Made by a program: the position numbers and the translations under genes
The notes under the pieces: model-generated
What the model was told of the DNA's origin: nothing
The model's database searches: none
The model's input: the letters and a program-made list of their open reading frames with translations, nothing else
Part shown: one piece after another, positions 26,308 to 36,339 of the stretch
Layout: each line of letters begins with the position of its first letter
Numbering within the stretch: the stretch's first letter is position 1
Assembly: GCA_963422685.1 (NCBI GenBank)
Contig: OY730442.1
Span: 88,460-152,459, forward strand
Direction: 5' to 3'
Source of the DNA: Arenicellales bacterium
Lineage (GTDB): Bacteria > Pseudomonadota > Gammaproteobacteria > Arenicellales > Poriferihabitantaceae
Length of the DNA: 64,000 nucleotides

Positions 26308-27116
26308 ACCCTCCCCAGCGCAAAGCCTTTGGCAATGTAGTTGCGCACAAAGTAAATAACGAACGCACCCGGCACGATGGTCAGGGTGCCCGCCGCCGCC
26401 AGTAACCCCAGTTCGTAACCGGCGGTACTGGCGGTTCGTGTCATGGTCGCCGCGATTGGCTTGGCCGCCACCGATGTCAGGGTTTTGGCCAGCAGCAGTT
26501 CCACCCAGGAATACATGAAGCAGAAAAACATCGCCACACCGATGCCCGCAGCGATAGTCGGTATGAATATACGTATGAAAAATCGTGAAAACGAATAACC
26601 GTCCAGAAAGGCCGTCTCATCCAGTTCTTTCGGCACCCCGGACATAAAACCCTCCAGTATCCACACCGCCAGCGGGATATTAAACAGGCAGTGCGCCAGC
26701 GCTACCGCAAGATGCGTATCGAACAATTCCACTGCGGAGTAAAGCTGGAAGAATGGCAGCGCAAATACCGCCGGCGGCGCCATGCGATTGGTTAATAACC
26801 AGAAGAACAAATGCTTGTCGCCGAGAAAACGATAGCGCGAGAAGGCATAGGCGGCGGGCAGCGCGGCCGTCACCGACAGCGCTGTGTTCATTACCACGTA
26901 GATAATTGAATTCCGATACCCGTTGTACCAGGTCGGGTCGGTGAGGATTTTTCGGTAATTTTCCAGGGTGAAGTTTTGCGGATATAACGCGAAGCCACCG
27001 AGAATTTCATTGGTGGTTTTAAACGACATGTTCAGCAGCCAGTATATTGGCAGCATTAAAAACAGGATGTAAATAGCTGGCAGCAGCCACTTTTTACCAT
27101 TCATGATACTGGCCAT
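26304..27116 (-). CDS. carbohydrate ABC transporter permease
   Basis: 270 aa, with an MalG/UgpE-like EAA-loop region (PKELDETAFLDG). Confidence 0.85.
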   Translation of the reverse strand: MASIMNGKKWLLPAIYILFLMLPIYWLLNMSFKTTNEILGGFALYPQNFTLENYRKILTDPTWYNGYRNSIIYVVMNTALSVTAALPAAYAFSRYRFLGDKHLFFWLLTNRMAPPAVFALPFFQLYSAVELFDTHLAVALAHCLFNIPLAVWILEGFMSGVPKELDETAFLDGYSFSRFFIRIFIPTIAAGIGVAMFFCFMYSWVELLLAKTLTSVAAKPIAATMTRTASTAGYELGLLAAAGTLTIVPGAFVIYFVRNYIAKGFALGRV

Positions 27117-27117
27117 G

Positions 27118-27981
27118 TTATTGCTCCTCGTTGCGCATCATCAGCGTATAAAAAACCCAGCACATCAGTAGCACCACAAAAAAGTAAATCAGCGACATGG
27201 CGGCGGCGGGCCCGAGGTCGAACTGGCCCAGCGCGATTTTCACCAGATCAATGGATAGAAACGTGGTGGTATTGCCGGGTCCGCCGCCGGTAAGGACAAA
27301 GGGTTCGGTATAGATCATGAAGCTGTCCATGAATCGCAGCAGGACCGCGATGGTCAATACATTTTTCATTTTGGGTAACTGGATTCGCCAAAATACGGAC
27401 CAGGCGCTGGCGCCGTCGATTTTCGCTGCCTGATAGTAATCATCCGGGATAGAACAAAGGCCGGCGTAGGCGAGCAATACCACCAACGACGTCCAGTGCC
27501 AGACATCCATGACGATAGTGGTCACCCAAGCCGCGGTCGGCTGTTGGGTGAAATTGTAATTTATGCCCACCGCATTGACCGTATGCCCAAGCAAGCCAAT
27601 GTCGGGCAATGCGAAAATATTCCACATCGCGCCCACCACATTCCACGGAATCAGCAATGGCAAAGCCATCAATACCAGGCATACCGATACCCAGGGGCCT
27701 TTTTTGGGCATGCAAAGCGCGACCACGATACCTAATGGAATCTCTATCACCAGGACCGTTCCGGTAAATGCGAGCTGGCGCAGGAATGATTCATGGAAGC
27801 GGCTTGAGTTGAGTACCTGTTCAAACCACTTCACGCCTTCCCAGAAAAACACATTGCTGCCGAAGGTTTCCTGCACCGAATAATTGACCACGGTCATTAA
27901 CGGAATCAGCGCATTAAACGCCACCAGAATGACAACCGGTATGACCAGTATCCAGGCTTTTGGATTGGTTTTTTTGCTCAT
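27118..27981 (-). CDS. carbohydrate ABC transporter permease
   Basis: 287 aa, with an MalF/UgpA-like EAA loop (DDYYQAAKIDGAS). Confidence 0.85.
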   Translation of the reverse strand: MSKKTNPKAWILVIPVVILVAFNALIPLMTVVNYSVQETFGSNVFFWEGVKWFEQVLNSSRFHESFLRQLAFTGTVLVIEIPLGIVVALCMPKKGPWVSVCLVLMALPLLIPWNVVGAMWNIFALPDIGLLGHTVNAVGINYNFTQQPTAAWVTTIVMDVWHWTSLVVLLAYAGLCSIPDDYYQAAKIDGASAWSVFWRIQLPKMKNVLTIAVLLRFMDSFMIYTEPFVLTGGGPGNTTTFLSIDLVKIALGQFDLGPAAAMSLIYFFVVLLMCWVFYTLMMRNEEQ

Positions 27982-28000
27982 CGCATCACTCCTGGGCGGG

Positions 28001-29068
28001 TTAATCCACTACCCGGCTATTTTTGTACAACCGGGTATGTTCGGTGAGAAAAGAAATGCGCGGGCTTATCGATGGAATCCGCTCACCCTCGGCCACAATC
28101 ATTTTCAGGGTGTTGCCGTCATGGCGGACCACCACTATCTGGCGGTGCCCGAGATCGTCCACTTTAACAATCTCCACCGGAAATCCATCGTGGTCGAATT
28201 GAACAAACTCCGGGCGAATCCCGATTTCAACCGCATTGCTGCCGTTTTCAGGCAGCCTGGTGCAGGCGGTCTGTATGCGATTACCGGCAAAATACGATGC
28301 ACCGCCGAACAGCTCACAAGGCAAAATATTCATTCCGGGCGAGCCAATGAAATGTCCGACAAAGGTGTGCGCGGGCTGTTCAAACAGCTCCACCGGCGTA
28401 CCGACCTGAACCACGGTGCCGTCGTACATGACCACCACGTGGTCGGCAAATGTGAGTGCCTCGGTCTGGTCGTGGGTGACGTAGATCATGGTTCTGCCGA
28501 GTTGCTGGTGCAATTCCTTGAGCTTGGAGCGCAGTCGCCACTTCAAATGTGGGTCGATGACCGTGAGCGGCTCATCGAACATGATAACGTTGACATCTTC
28601 GCGCACCAGACCGCGTCCCAGCGAAATTTTTTGCTTGCCATCCGCGCTGCGCCCGGCGGCGCGCTGCTGCAGGCAATGTTCCAGATCAAGCATTTTGGCC
28701 ACTGCGTTCACCCGCGACCGGACTTTGTCCTCGGCGACATTGCGGTTGCGCAATGGAAAGGCCAGATTGTCGAACACGCTCATCGTGTCGTAGACCACCG
28801 GAAATTGAAAAACCTGGGCGATGTGTCTGTCGATGGTTGGCTTGCGAGTCACATCTTCGTGGCCGAATATTACGCGGCCTTCGGACGGTATTAACAATCC
28901 CGATATGATGTTGAGCAGCGTGGTTTTTCCACATCCAGACGGGCCAAGCAGGGCATAGGCGCCGCCGTCATTCCAGACTGCGTCGATTTGTTTGAGCGCA
29001 TAGTCCCCGGCTGCTGCGGGTTGGGGCAGATAGCTGTGCCTGAGGTTTTGCAGGGTGATTTTCGCCAT
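28001..29068 (-). CDS. ABC transporter ATP-binding protein (MalK/UgpC-like)
   Basis: Walker A GPSGCGKTT, Walker B VIMFDEP, and a C-terminal regulatory domain. Confidence 0.9.
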   Translation of the reverse strand: MAKITLQNLRHSYLPQPAAAGDYALKQIDAVWNDGGAYALLGPSGCGKTTLLNIISGLLIPSEGRVIFGHEDVTRKPTIDRHIAQVFQFPVVYDTMSVFDNLAFPLRNRNVAEDKVRSRVNAVAKMLDLEHCLQQRAAGRSADGKQKISLGRGLVREDVNVIMFDEPLTVIDPHLKWRLRSKLKELHQQLGRTMIYVTHDQTEALTFADHVVVMYDGTVVQVGTPVELFEQPAHTFVGHFIGSPGMNILPCELFGGASYFAGNRIQTACTRLPENGSNAVEIGIRPEFVQFDHDGFPVEIVKVDDLGHRQIVVVRHDGNTLKMIVAEGERIPSISPRISFLTEHTRLYKNSRVVD

Positions 29069-29115
29069 AAAATTCTGCTCAGGAGGTGCGGTCCGGTTTT
29101 GTTTTTCTGTCTGAC

Positions 29116-30183
29116 CTAACTGGCGACCAATTCGCCGTCATCGCCAAAATACAGGCAGCGATTGACCTGCATGTACAGTTCGGCACTTTCGCCGACCACA
29201 AAAGGATGAACACCCTGGGATTCGGACACCCAGGAATTGCCGGCCAGGTCAACGTGTACGATGCTTTCCGACCCGCTGATTTCGGCGACCTGCACCAGAC
29301 CGTTGATGGCCACACTGTCGCCCCGGGACTCACCCAGCGTGACATGATGCGGATGAATAGCCAGGGTATAGCAGCCGTCCGGCAGACCGGCATATTTTTC
29401 CGCTACCGGCCATTGAACAGCATCGCTGAGCACAAAGGTATCGCCTCGTTTGTGGACGCTGGCGGTATTAATTGGCGGGTCAGAAAATACACGGGCGCTT
29501 AACAGGGTGTTCGGAGTGCGGAAAATTTCCGCGGTCACGCCATACTGCGTTATGCGCCCCTCATGCAACGTCGCCGTGTGGCCACCCAGCATCAAAGCTT
29601 CCTGGGGTTCACTGGTGGCATAGACCACAGTGGCGCCCGTGTTTGCAAACAGCCTGGGTAATTCGTCGCGCAGTTCTTCGCGTAGCTTGTAGTCGAGATT
29701 CGCCAGTGGTTCGTCGAGTAATATCAATGGCGCATTTTTAACCAGTGCACGCCCCAGCGCGGTGCGTTGTTGCTGTCCACCTGAAAGCTCGGATGGCAGT
29801 CGGTCAAGCATGGGCGTCAGCTTCAACAGCTCGGCTATGTCGCCTACCCGTTTGCGTATTTCAGCCTCGGCACGCCGCGCAACCCGAAGCGGCGAGGCAA
29901 TGTTGTCAAACACCGTAAAGCTCGGGTAATTGATGAATGCCTGATAAACCATGGCGACCCGGCGCTTTTGTACCGGCACACCGGTGACATTGGCGCCTTC
30001 GAACCAGACTTCGCCAGTGCTGGGCGCTTCCAGACCTGCCATAAGTCGCAACAAGGTAGTCTTGCCACTCAGCGTGGTGCCGAGCAAGACGTTAAACCCG
30101 CCTGTTTCGAATGCCAGACTGGTCTCATAAATGTGCATATCCGCACCCACACGTCGGGTTACCTGATTGAGTGTGATGCCCAT
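29116..30183 (-). CDS. ABC transporter ATP-binding protein (second MalK-like subunit)
   Basis: Signature LSGGQQQR and Walker B LILLDEP. The Walker A is degenerate (GTTLSGKTT). Confidence 0.9.
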   Translation of the reverse strand: MGITLNQVTRRVGADMHIYETSLAFETGGFNVLLGTTLSGKTTLLRLMAGLEAPSTGEVWFEGANVTGVPVQKRRVAMVYQAFINYPSFTVFDNIASPLRVARRAEAEIRKRVGDIAELLKLTPMLDRLPSELSGGQQQRTALGRALVKNAPLILLDEPLANLDYKLREELRDELPRLFANTGATVVYATSEPQEALMLGGHTATLHEGRITQYGVTAEIFRTPNTLLSARVFSDPPINTASVHKRGDTFVLSDAVQWPVAEKYAGLPDGCYTLAIHPHHVTLGESRGDSVAINGLVQVAEISGSESIVHVDLAGNSWVSESQGVHPFVVGESAELYMQVNRCLYFGDDGELVAS

Positions 30184-30201
30184 AGCCGTTGGTGGTGATT
30201 A

Positions 30202-30933
30202 TTATTCGCCGGGTGCGGGCGAGGTGATTTCTACCTGTACGTCCCGGCACCTGCATAAGGCTAAAAATTCATCCGGCGGCGCCTCGTCGGTGACGAAAAA
30301 ATCCACTTCACTGATATTGCCGATACGTACCGGGGCCTGGCGTTGGAACTTCATTGCATCGGCCACCAGAATCACCGAACGGGCATTTTTGATGATGGCT
30401 TGTGCGACACGCACTTCACGAATGTCAAAATCCAGCACGGCGCCGTCCTGCTCGATGGCGGAAGCGCCGATAATAGCGTAATCAACCTTGAATTGACCAA
30501 AGAATTCCGCCGTGGTCTCGCCAACGATGCCACCGTCTTCGCGGCGAACCGTGCCGCCCGCCGTCATCACATCGATCAATTCGCTGGCTCTTAGCGTATT
30601 CACTACATTCAGATTGTTGGTGACCACCAGCAGTCCTGAATGTGCTCCCAAATGCTCCGCGACCCATTCGGTGGTGGTGCCGATATTAATAAACAGCGAA
30701 GAATCATTCGCTATCAATGCGGCGGTTCGTTTGCCTATTGCATTCTTTTTATCGGTGGCAATCTGTTTGCGCGCCGCATACCCGAGATTTTCAACACCAT
30801 CGTGGACTATCGCCCCGCCATGCACCCGCTGCAACAGGCGCAAGTCACACAGATGATTCAGGTCGCGGCGAATTGTCTGCGGCGTGACAGAAAAAGACTC
30901 GGCCAACGGGTCTACCTGAACTTCACCACGCAC
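30202..30933 (-). CDS. glpR: DeoR-family transcriptional regulator (GlpR-like)
   Basis: HTH LAESFSVTPQTIRRDLNHL plus a DeoR C-terminal sugar-phosphate sensor domain. The frame stays open upstream of GTG 30933 with no ATG/GTG/TTG, so the N-terminus is uncertain. Confidence 0.8.
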   Translation of the reverse strand: MRGEVQVDPLAESFSVTPQTIRRDLNHLCDLRLLQRVHGGAIVHDGVENLGYAARKQIATDKKNAIGKRTAALIANDSSLFINIGTTTEWVAEHLGAHSGLLVVTNNLNVVNTLRASELIDVMTAGGTVRREDGGIVGETTAEFFGQFKVDYAIIGASAIEQDGAVLDFDIREVRVAQAIIKNARSVILVADAMKFQRQAPVRIGNISEVDFFVTDEAPPDEFLALCRCRDVQVEITSPAPGE

Positions 30934-30971
30934 TCTCGCGTATTCGAGAATTGCTTTCTGCCTGACGCCCA

Positions 30972-31001
30972 GGTTTGATGTGGTTTGATGTAGTTTGATG
31001 T
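30972..31001. repeat. 3 x 10-bp tandem direct repeat (GGTTTGATGT, GGTTTGATGT, AGTTTGATGT)
   Basis: Read directly from the sequence. It lies about 40 nt upstream of the DeoR-gene GTG and downstream of the binding-protein stop. Confidence 0.8.
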
Positions 31002-31105
31002 TCGTTAAATGTAAAACCTGTTGCTGTATTTACCAGGCCCCGGAGGGGCTAGAACCGCCCTCCAGGTATTGCCGGTAGTATATTCGCCCTGGTATTCGCC
31101 CGGGA

Positions 31106-32845
31106 TCAACCTTGCTGCGTCGTCCAGCGTTTTACCAGTTCGTCGTAGTTGATGGTTTCACCCGGCGGCTTTTCGTTCACCTTCGCTTTGGGGGAACCCG
31201 GCTGGTTGAGCCAATAGGCCGCATCACGTTCTTCATTCAGGCGTGGGCCACAACCACCGTAAGTGCCGGCCTTTTCATCAGCCGACTGCATGCGCGCCAT
31301 GACCGTATCCATTTCCGAGGCAAGACGATCCATCGCCTGCTGCGGAGTGAAAACGCCAGAGTTGACATCGCCGATTTGCTGCCACCAGATTTGCGCAAGC
31401 TTCGGATAATCCGGCACATTGATTCCAGTAGGCGACCAGCGCACCCGGTCCGGCGAACGATAAAACTCTACCAGCCCGCCCAGCTTTGGTGCGCGCTCGG
31501 TAAATGACGCATGACGGATGTCGCTGTCACGAATTGGCGTCAAACCGACATGGGTTTTTTTCAACGAAACGGTTTTGGAAACAGTGAACTGGGCGTATAA
31601 CCAGGCGGCCTTGCGGCGCTCCAGTGGAGTTGACTTGAACAGAGTCCACGACCCGGCATCCTGATAGCCCAGCTTCTGACCATCAACCCAATACGGCCCA
31701 TGCGGGGAAGGTGCCATGCGCCATAATGGCCTGCCCGCACTATCCACCGTATTATTGCCCTCGCTCTGTGGCGCAACCATCGACGCGGTAAATGCGGTAT
31801 ACCAGAAAATCTGCTGGGCTACGTTACCCTGGGACAGCGCCGGGAGAGATTGATAAAAGTCGTAGCTGGCGGCGCCGGGAGGCGCATATTTACGTAGCCA
31901 TTCATCCCATTTTCGAATTGCATAGACCGCAGCGGGCGCATTCGCGGCGCCGCCACGAGTTACCGACGCACCGACCGGATTACAGCTACCAGCCTCCATG
32001 CGAATTCCCCATTCATCAACGGGCACGCCATTTGGCAGACCTTTGCTGCCAGCACCCGCCATGGACAACCAGGCATCCGTCATACGCCAGCCAAGGTCAG
32101 GAGCCCGCTTGCCATAATCCATGTGACCATAGATTCGTTTGCCATCAATTTCCTTGACATGCTCCGAAAAGAACTCGGCAATGTCTTCATAGGCAGACCA
32201 GTTTACCGGCACACCCAGATCATAGCCGTAGATTTCTTTGAACCTTTCCATCAGGTCGGAGCGCTGGAACCAGTCATAACGAAACCAGTAAAGATTGGCA
32301 AACTGCTGATCGGGCAATTGATACAGATTGCCATCAGGACCCGTGGTAAACGACTTGCCCATAAAGTCATCAATATCCAACGTGGGCAAGGTCACGTCCC
32401 TGCCATCGCCTGCCATCCAGTCGGTCAGGTTCACCGCCAGTTGCAGGCGTGAATGCGTCCCGATCAGATCCGAATCGTTGATATAGGCATCGTACAGGTT
32501 GCGATTGGTCTGCATCTGCGTTTGCACGGCCTGCACCACCTCGCCCTCACCCAGCAACTGGTGATTAACCTTGATACCGGTGATTTCTTCAAATGCTTTG
32601 GTGAGCACCCTGGACTCATATTCATGGGTAGGAATGGTTTCAGACAGGACATTAATTTCCATGCCCTTGAATGGTGCTGCGGCCTCGATGAACCAGTCCA
32701 TCTCGCTGTGCTGCTGCATTTTAGACAGGGTGGAAGGCTGAAACTCATTATCCACCCATTTTTCAGCCTCGCTCTTGCCCGCATAGGCGCCGGGCTGGAT
32801 GCACAATGCGACAGCTACTGCCATCGCGATTTTACGAATTTTCAT
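31106..32845 (-). CDS. ABC transporter extracellular solute-binding protein (large, 579 aa, glycerol-type cluster)
   Basis: Signal peptide MKIRKIAMAVAVALCIQPGAYA. The gene is clustered with two ATPases, two permeases, DUF2160 and glpD. Confidence 0.85.
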   Translation of the reverse strand: MKIRKIAMAVAVALCIQPGAYAGKSEAEKWVDNEFQPSTLSKMQQHSEMDWFIEAAAPFKGMEINVLSETIPTHEYESRVLTKAFEEITGIKVNHQLLGEGEVVQAVQTQMQTNRNLYDAYINDSDLIGTHSRLQLAVNLTDWMAGDGRDVTLPTLDIDDFMGKSFTTGPDGNLYQLPDQQFANLYWFRYDWFQRSDLMERFKEIYGYDLGVPVNWSAYEDIAEFFSEHVKEIDGKRIYGHMDYGKRAPDLGWRMTDAWLSMAGAGSKGLPNGVPVDEWGIRMEAGSCNPVGASVTRGGAANAPAAVYAIRKWDEWLRKYAPPGAASYDFYQSLPALSQGNVAQQIFWYTAFTASMVAPQSEGNNTVDSAGRPLWRMAPSPHGPYWVDGQKLGYQDAGSWTLFKSTPLERRKAAWLYAQFTVSKTVSLKKTHVGLTPIRDSDIRHASFTERAPKLGGLVEFYRSPDRVRWSPTGINVPDYPKLAQIWWQQIGDVNSGVFTPQQAMDRLASEMDTVMARMQSADEKAGTYGGCGPRLNEERDAAYWLNQPGSPKAKVNEKPPGETINYDELVKRWTTQQG

Positions 32846-33261
32846 CGTATCCTCCGTATTATTTGGTTGAGATGTTAGCGTTATTGGGAAGCGGATACTA
32901 TCATCCGAGATGTTCGTTTGCCAGCCTTATCATATTCAAATGAAATAATCCGATTAATTTTATGAACATATATACGCCAGGTGGTGTCTTCCCGGCCTGT
33001 AAGCAGACAACAGCCACCCTGTTCAAACCAGGCAAGTCGAGCCAGGTAAATCGAGAATTTCACACGGACCAAAGTTGTTTAATGGCGTACACCAAGGTGT
33101 TGACGCAACCAAAAGGATTTCAGGTTGCTGGAGCTCTTTCAAGCCGATCAGCCGGCACGGTGTACCGTGTATGGAGAATGCGCGGGTGGTTGTCCTGGTC
33201 CGCTCAGGACCTCCGCTAGGGTGGCGTCTGTTACCGGACCGCGGCCGGGCTACCCGTTGCC

Positions 33262-33301
33262 GGGTGAGGGCGAGGTGGTGCAAGCCGTGCAAACGCAGAT
33301 G
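33262..33301 (+). repeat. 40-bp inverted copy of binding-protein coding sequence (partner at 32513-32552)
   Basis: GGGTGAGGGCGAGGTGGTGCAAGCCGTGCAAACGCAGATG compared with the reverse complement of 32513-32552 gives 39 of 40 identical. Both encode GEGEVVQAVQTQM. Confidence 0.85.
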
Positions 33302-33316
33302 TTTTTAATGACCATG

Positions 33317-33748
33317 TCACAGTGCTGAAACAGGCTGTGTCGCCGATGAGCTGGGCGGAATGGAGTAGGTTGCGGTGACCTGGGCTACGGCCGCATCCGC
33401 GCCTTCAGAATAAATAAATACCTCGCACACCACCAGTCGCCGGCCCGCTTTGAGCACTTTGCAGCTTGCGATAATGTCCCGGTCTGCGGCCGGCTTGCGC
33501 AGAAAATTTATATTCAGACTGGTGGTCACCGCCAGTGCAACTTTTCCATACTGCCCCAGAATTGCGATATAGGCAGCGCAGTCCGCCAGCGCCATCATGG
33601 TTGGCCCGGATACAGTTCCGCCAGGCCGTAAATGCTGCCTGCCAATTCGTTGGCGCATGGTGGCCGTGCCTTGGCCAATGGCTTCCACAGTGCTGGTATT
33701 TTGGGGAAATTCCCGGGCCAGAAAGGCTCTTGCTTGCTCAATATTCAT
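33317..33748 (-). CDS. PaaI-family hotdog thioesterase
   Basis: 143 aa. GGTVSGPTMMALADCAAYIAIL is the typical PaaI core. Confidence 0.8.
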   Translation of the reverse strand: MNIEQARAFLAREFPQNTSTVEAIGQGTATMRQRIGRQHLRPGGTVSGPTMMALADCAAYIAILGQYGKVALAVTTSLNINFLRKPAADRDIIASCKVLKAGRRLVVCEVFIYSEGADAAVAQVTATYSIPPSSSATQPVSAL

Positions 33749-33848
33749 GCGGAATCAGGCTGACTTTGAGGATTTCGGCGTAAACAACACCCGCAAATCG
33801 GGCCATTAAAAATAATCCATGCACCTGGATTGTGGCGGCAATTCTAGT

Positions 33849-33868
33849 TGACGTTTACGTAAACGTCA
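33849..33868. promoter_or_regulatory. perfect 20-bp palindrome TGACGTTTACGTAAACGTCA upstream of liuA (candidate LiuR-type operator)
   Basis: Exact dyad symmetry. It ends 54 bp upstream of the isovaleryl-CoA dehydrogenase start. Confidence 0.55.
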
Positions 33869-33921
33869 TGTAATTTTACGCATATTCTCACGCTCCTGCA
33901 AATAACCCGTCCGCGATAATC

Positions 33922-35085
33922 ATGGCGCCTCTGCCTTTCCTGAACTTCCATCTGGGCGCAGAGATAGACCTGCTGGGTGCAAGTATATCGGCTTTTTCCC
34001 AGGCAGAAATTGCTCCGCTGGCGGCGGAAATCGACCAAAGCAATGCGTTTCCCAACGCGCTATGGCGCAAATTGGGAGACATGGGGTTGCTTGGCATCAC
34101 TGCGGCGGAAGAATTCGGCGGCAGTAATATGGGGTATCTTGCGCATATTGTCGCCATGGAAGCAATCAGCCGCGCTTCCGCTTCGGTAGGGCTGAGTTAC
34201 GGGGCGCATTCCAATCTGTGCGTCAATCAACTCAGCCGCAACGGCACTCCCGCACAAAAATATCAATACCTGCCGAAACTTGTCAGCGGTGAATTTGTGG
34301 GTGCGCTGGCCATGTCAGAGCCCAATTCAGGCTCGGACGTGGTGAGCATGGGGCTGCAGGCACAGGCCAAAAGCGATCATTATGTTTTAAATGGCACGAA
34401 AATGTGGATCACCAACGGGCCGGATGCCGATGTGGTCATTGTCTATGCGAAAACCCGGTCCGATGCCGGGCCAAAAGGCATCACCGCATTCATCGTGGAG
34501 CGCAGCTTTGGAATACAGGCCGGGCAAAAACTCGACAAGCTCGGTATGCGCGGTTCAAATACCGGCGAATTGATTTTCCATAACGTCCTGGTGCCGAACG
34601 AAAATGTCCTGGGTGCGGTTGATTCAGGGGTGCATGTGCTGATGAGCGGGCTGGACTACGAGCGTGCGGTGCTGGCGGGCGGGCCATTGGGCATCATGCG
34701 CGCCTGCATGGATATCGTGGTTCCCTATGTCCATGAACGCAAACAGTTCGGTCAGGCCATCGGCGAATTTCAGCTCATGCAAGGCAAACTGGCTGATATG
34801 TATTGCACCATGAATGCCTGCCGTGCCTATGCCTATGCGGTTGGACGCGCCTGCGACCACGGCGCAGCCTCCCGCAAGGATGCCGCAGGGGTGATTTTGT
34901 ATGCCGCAGAAAAGGCAACCTGGATGGCGCTGGAAGCGATTCAGACCCTGGGCGGAAATGGCTATATAAATGACTATCCCACGGGCCGCCTGCTGCGTGA
35001 CGCAAAACTTTACGAAATTGGCGCGGGCACTTCGGAGATTCGTCGTATGCTGATTGGTCGGGAATTGTTTCACCAAACCCGTTGA
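33922..35085 (+). CDS. liuA: isovaleryl-CoA dehydrogenase
   Basis: Acyl-CoA dehydrogenase with [16 protein letters not shown] and [12 protein letters not shown]. Assignment also rests on context with MCCase and HMG-CoA lyase. Confidence 0.9.
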   Translation: MAPLPFLNFHLGAEIDLLGASISAFSQAEIAPLAAEIDQSNAFPNALWRKLGDMGLLGITAAEEFGGSNMGYLAHIVAMEAISRASASVGLSYGAHSNLCVNQLSRNGTPAQKYQYLPKLVSGEFVGALAMSEPNSGSDVVSMGLQAQAKSDHYVLNGTKMWITNGPDADVVIVYAKTRSDAGPKGITAFIVERSFGIQAGQKLDKLGMRGSNTGELIFHNVLVPNENVLGAVDSGVHVLMSGLDYERAVLAGGPLGIMRACMDIVVPYVHERKQFGQAIGEFQLMQGKLADMYCTMNACRAYAYAVGRACDHGAASRKDAAGVILYAAEKATWMALEAIQTLGGNGYINDYPTGRLLRDAKLYEIGAGTSEIRRMLIGRELFHQTR

Positions 35086-35125
35086 GACCTGTTATCACAA
35101 GTCTTTAATGCCAAAAATAATATAG

Positions 35126-36316
35126 ATGAAAATCATGAATGACCCGGTGGTCATTGCTGCGGTGGTGCGCACACCGATGGGCGGGTTTCAGGGCTGCTTT
35201 GCCCCGGTCAGCGCAGCAGAACTGGGCGCACATGCCATTCGCGCCGCCGTGCAGCGCGCCGGGATCAGCGGCCATCACATTCAGGAGGCACTCATCGGCA
35301 ACGTTCTTTCAGCGGGTCAGGGTCAGGCACCTGCCCGGCAGGCGGTTTTGGGGGCAGAACTGCCGTTGTCTGTTCCCTGCACAACCATCAACAAAATGTG
35401 TGGCTCCGGTATGAAAGCCGTCATGTTGGCGCATGATCTGATCATCGCGGGCAGCAATCAGATCATGCTGGCCGGCGGCATGGAAAGCATGACCAATGCG
35501 CCCTATTTGTTACCGTATGCCCGCGCGGGCCAGCGTATGGGCCACGCCAAAGTACTGGATCACATGTTTGTTGACGGGCTTGAAGATGCGTACCAAACCG
35601 GCGCATTGATGGGTGTTTTTGCTGAATCCTGTGCAGAAAAATATAAATTTACCCGTGAACAGCAGGATGAATTCGCCATTACCTCGTTGCAGCGCGCGCA
35701 AAATGCCATTTCCGATGGCTGTTTCGACCAGGAAATCACCCCCGTGACGGTTTCATCGCGAAAAGGCGACAGGTTAATCACCCGGGACGAGCATCCGTTT
35801 AACGCACAAATCGACAAAATCCCCCATTTACGCCCGGCATTTAAAAGCAATGGAACCGTCACCGCAGCCACCGCCAGCTCGATTTCTGACGGCGCCGCCG
35901 CATTGGTAATGATGCGTGAATCCACGGCCATAGCGCGGCATATAACGCCGCTGGCAAAAATTCTCGGTCATGCCAGCCATGCGCATACACCAGACTGGTT
36001 CACCACAGCACCGATAAGCGCTATTGCAAAATTGCTTGCCCGGTTGAACCTGACCACACAGGACATTGACCTGTACGAAGTGAACGAGGCTTTTGCCGTG
36101 GTCACCATGGCGGTCATGCACGAACTGGGGATTGCCCATGACAGGATGAATATCCACGGCGGCGCCTGCGCACTGGGTCATCCGATTGGCGCATCCGGCG
36201 CACGCCTATTGGTAACGCTGATTTCGGCATTGCAGCAGCATGGCCTGAAAAAAGGCTTGGCCGCGCTGTGCATAGGCGGCGGCGAAGCCACCGCCATGGC
36301 GGTGGAGCTGTATTAG
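35126..36316 (+). CDS. acetyl-CoA C-acetyltransferase (thiolase II)
   Basis: [12 protein letters not shown] active-site Cys and C-terminal [13 protein letters not shown]. Confidence 0.9.
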   Translation: MKIMNDPVVIAAVVRTPMGGFQGCFAPVSAAELGAHAIRAAVQRAGISGHHIQEALIGNVLSAGQGQAPARQAVLGAELPLSVPCTTINKMCGSGMKAVMLAHDLIIAGSNQIMLAGGMESMTNAPYLLPYARAGQRMGHAKVLDHMFVDGLEDAYQTGALMGVFAESCAEKYKFTREQQDEFAITSLQRAQNAISDGCFDQEITPVTVSSRKGDRLITRDEHPFNAQIDKIPHLRPAFKSNGTVTAATASSISDGAAALVMMRESTAIARHITPLAKILGHASHAHTPDWFTTAPISAIAKLLARLNLTTQDIDLYEVNEAFAVVTMAVMHELGIAHDRMNIHGGACALGHPIGASGARLLVTLISALQQHGLKKGLAALCIGGGEATAMAVELY

Positions 36317-36339
36317 CAGCCAGCTTCTTTTATATCCGC

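Noticed and set aside
27884-28894. 336-aa ORF on the + strand
   Set aside because: It lies entirely antisense to the well-supported ABC ATPase gene (28001..29068) and has no recognisable motifs. It is a shadow ORF.
33100-33261. GC-rich, ORF-poor stretch as a possible structured ncRNA or riboswitch
   Set aside because: I could not match it to any RNA family I know (SRP, 6S, RNase P, tmRNA). It lies next to the relic binding-protein copy and may simply be degraded coding DNA. It would need an Rfam/cmscan search.
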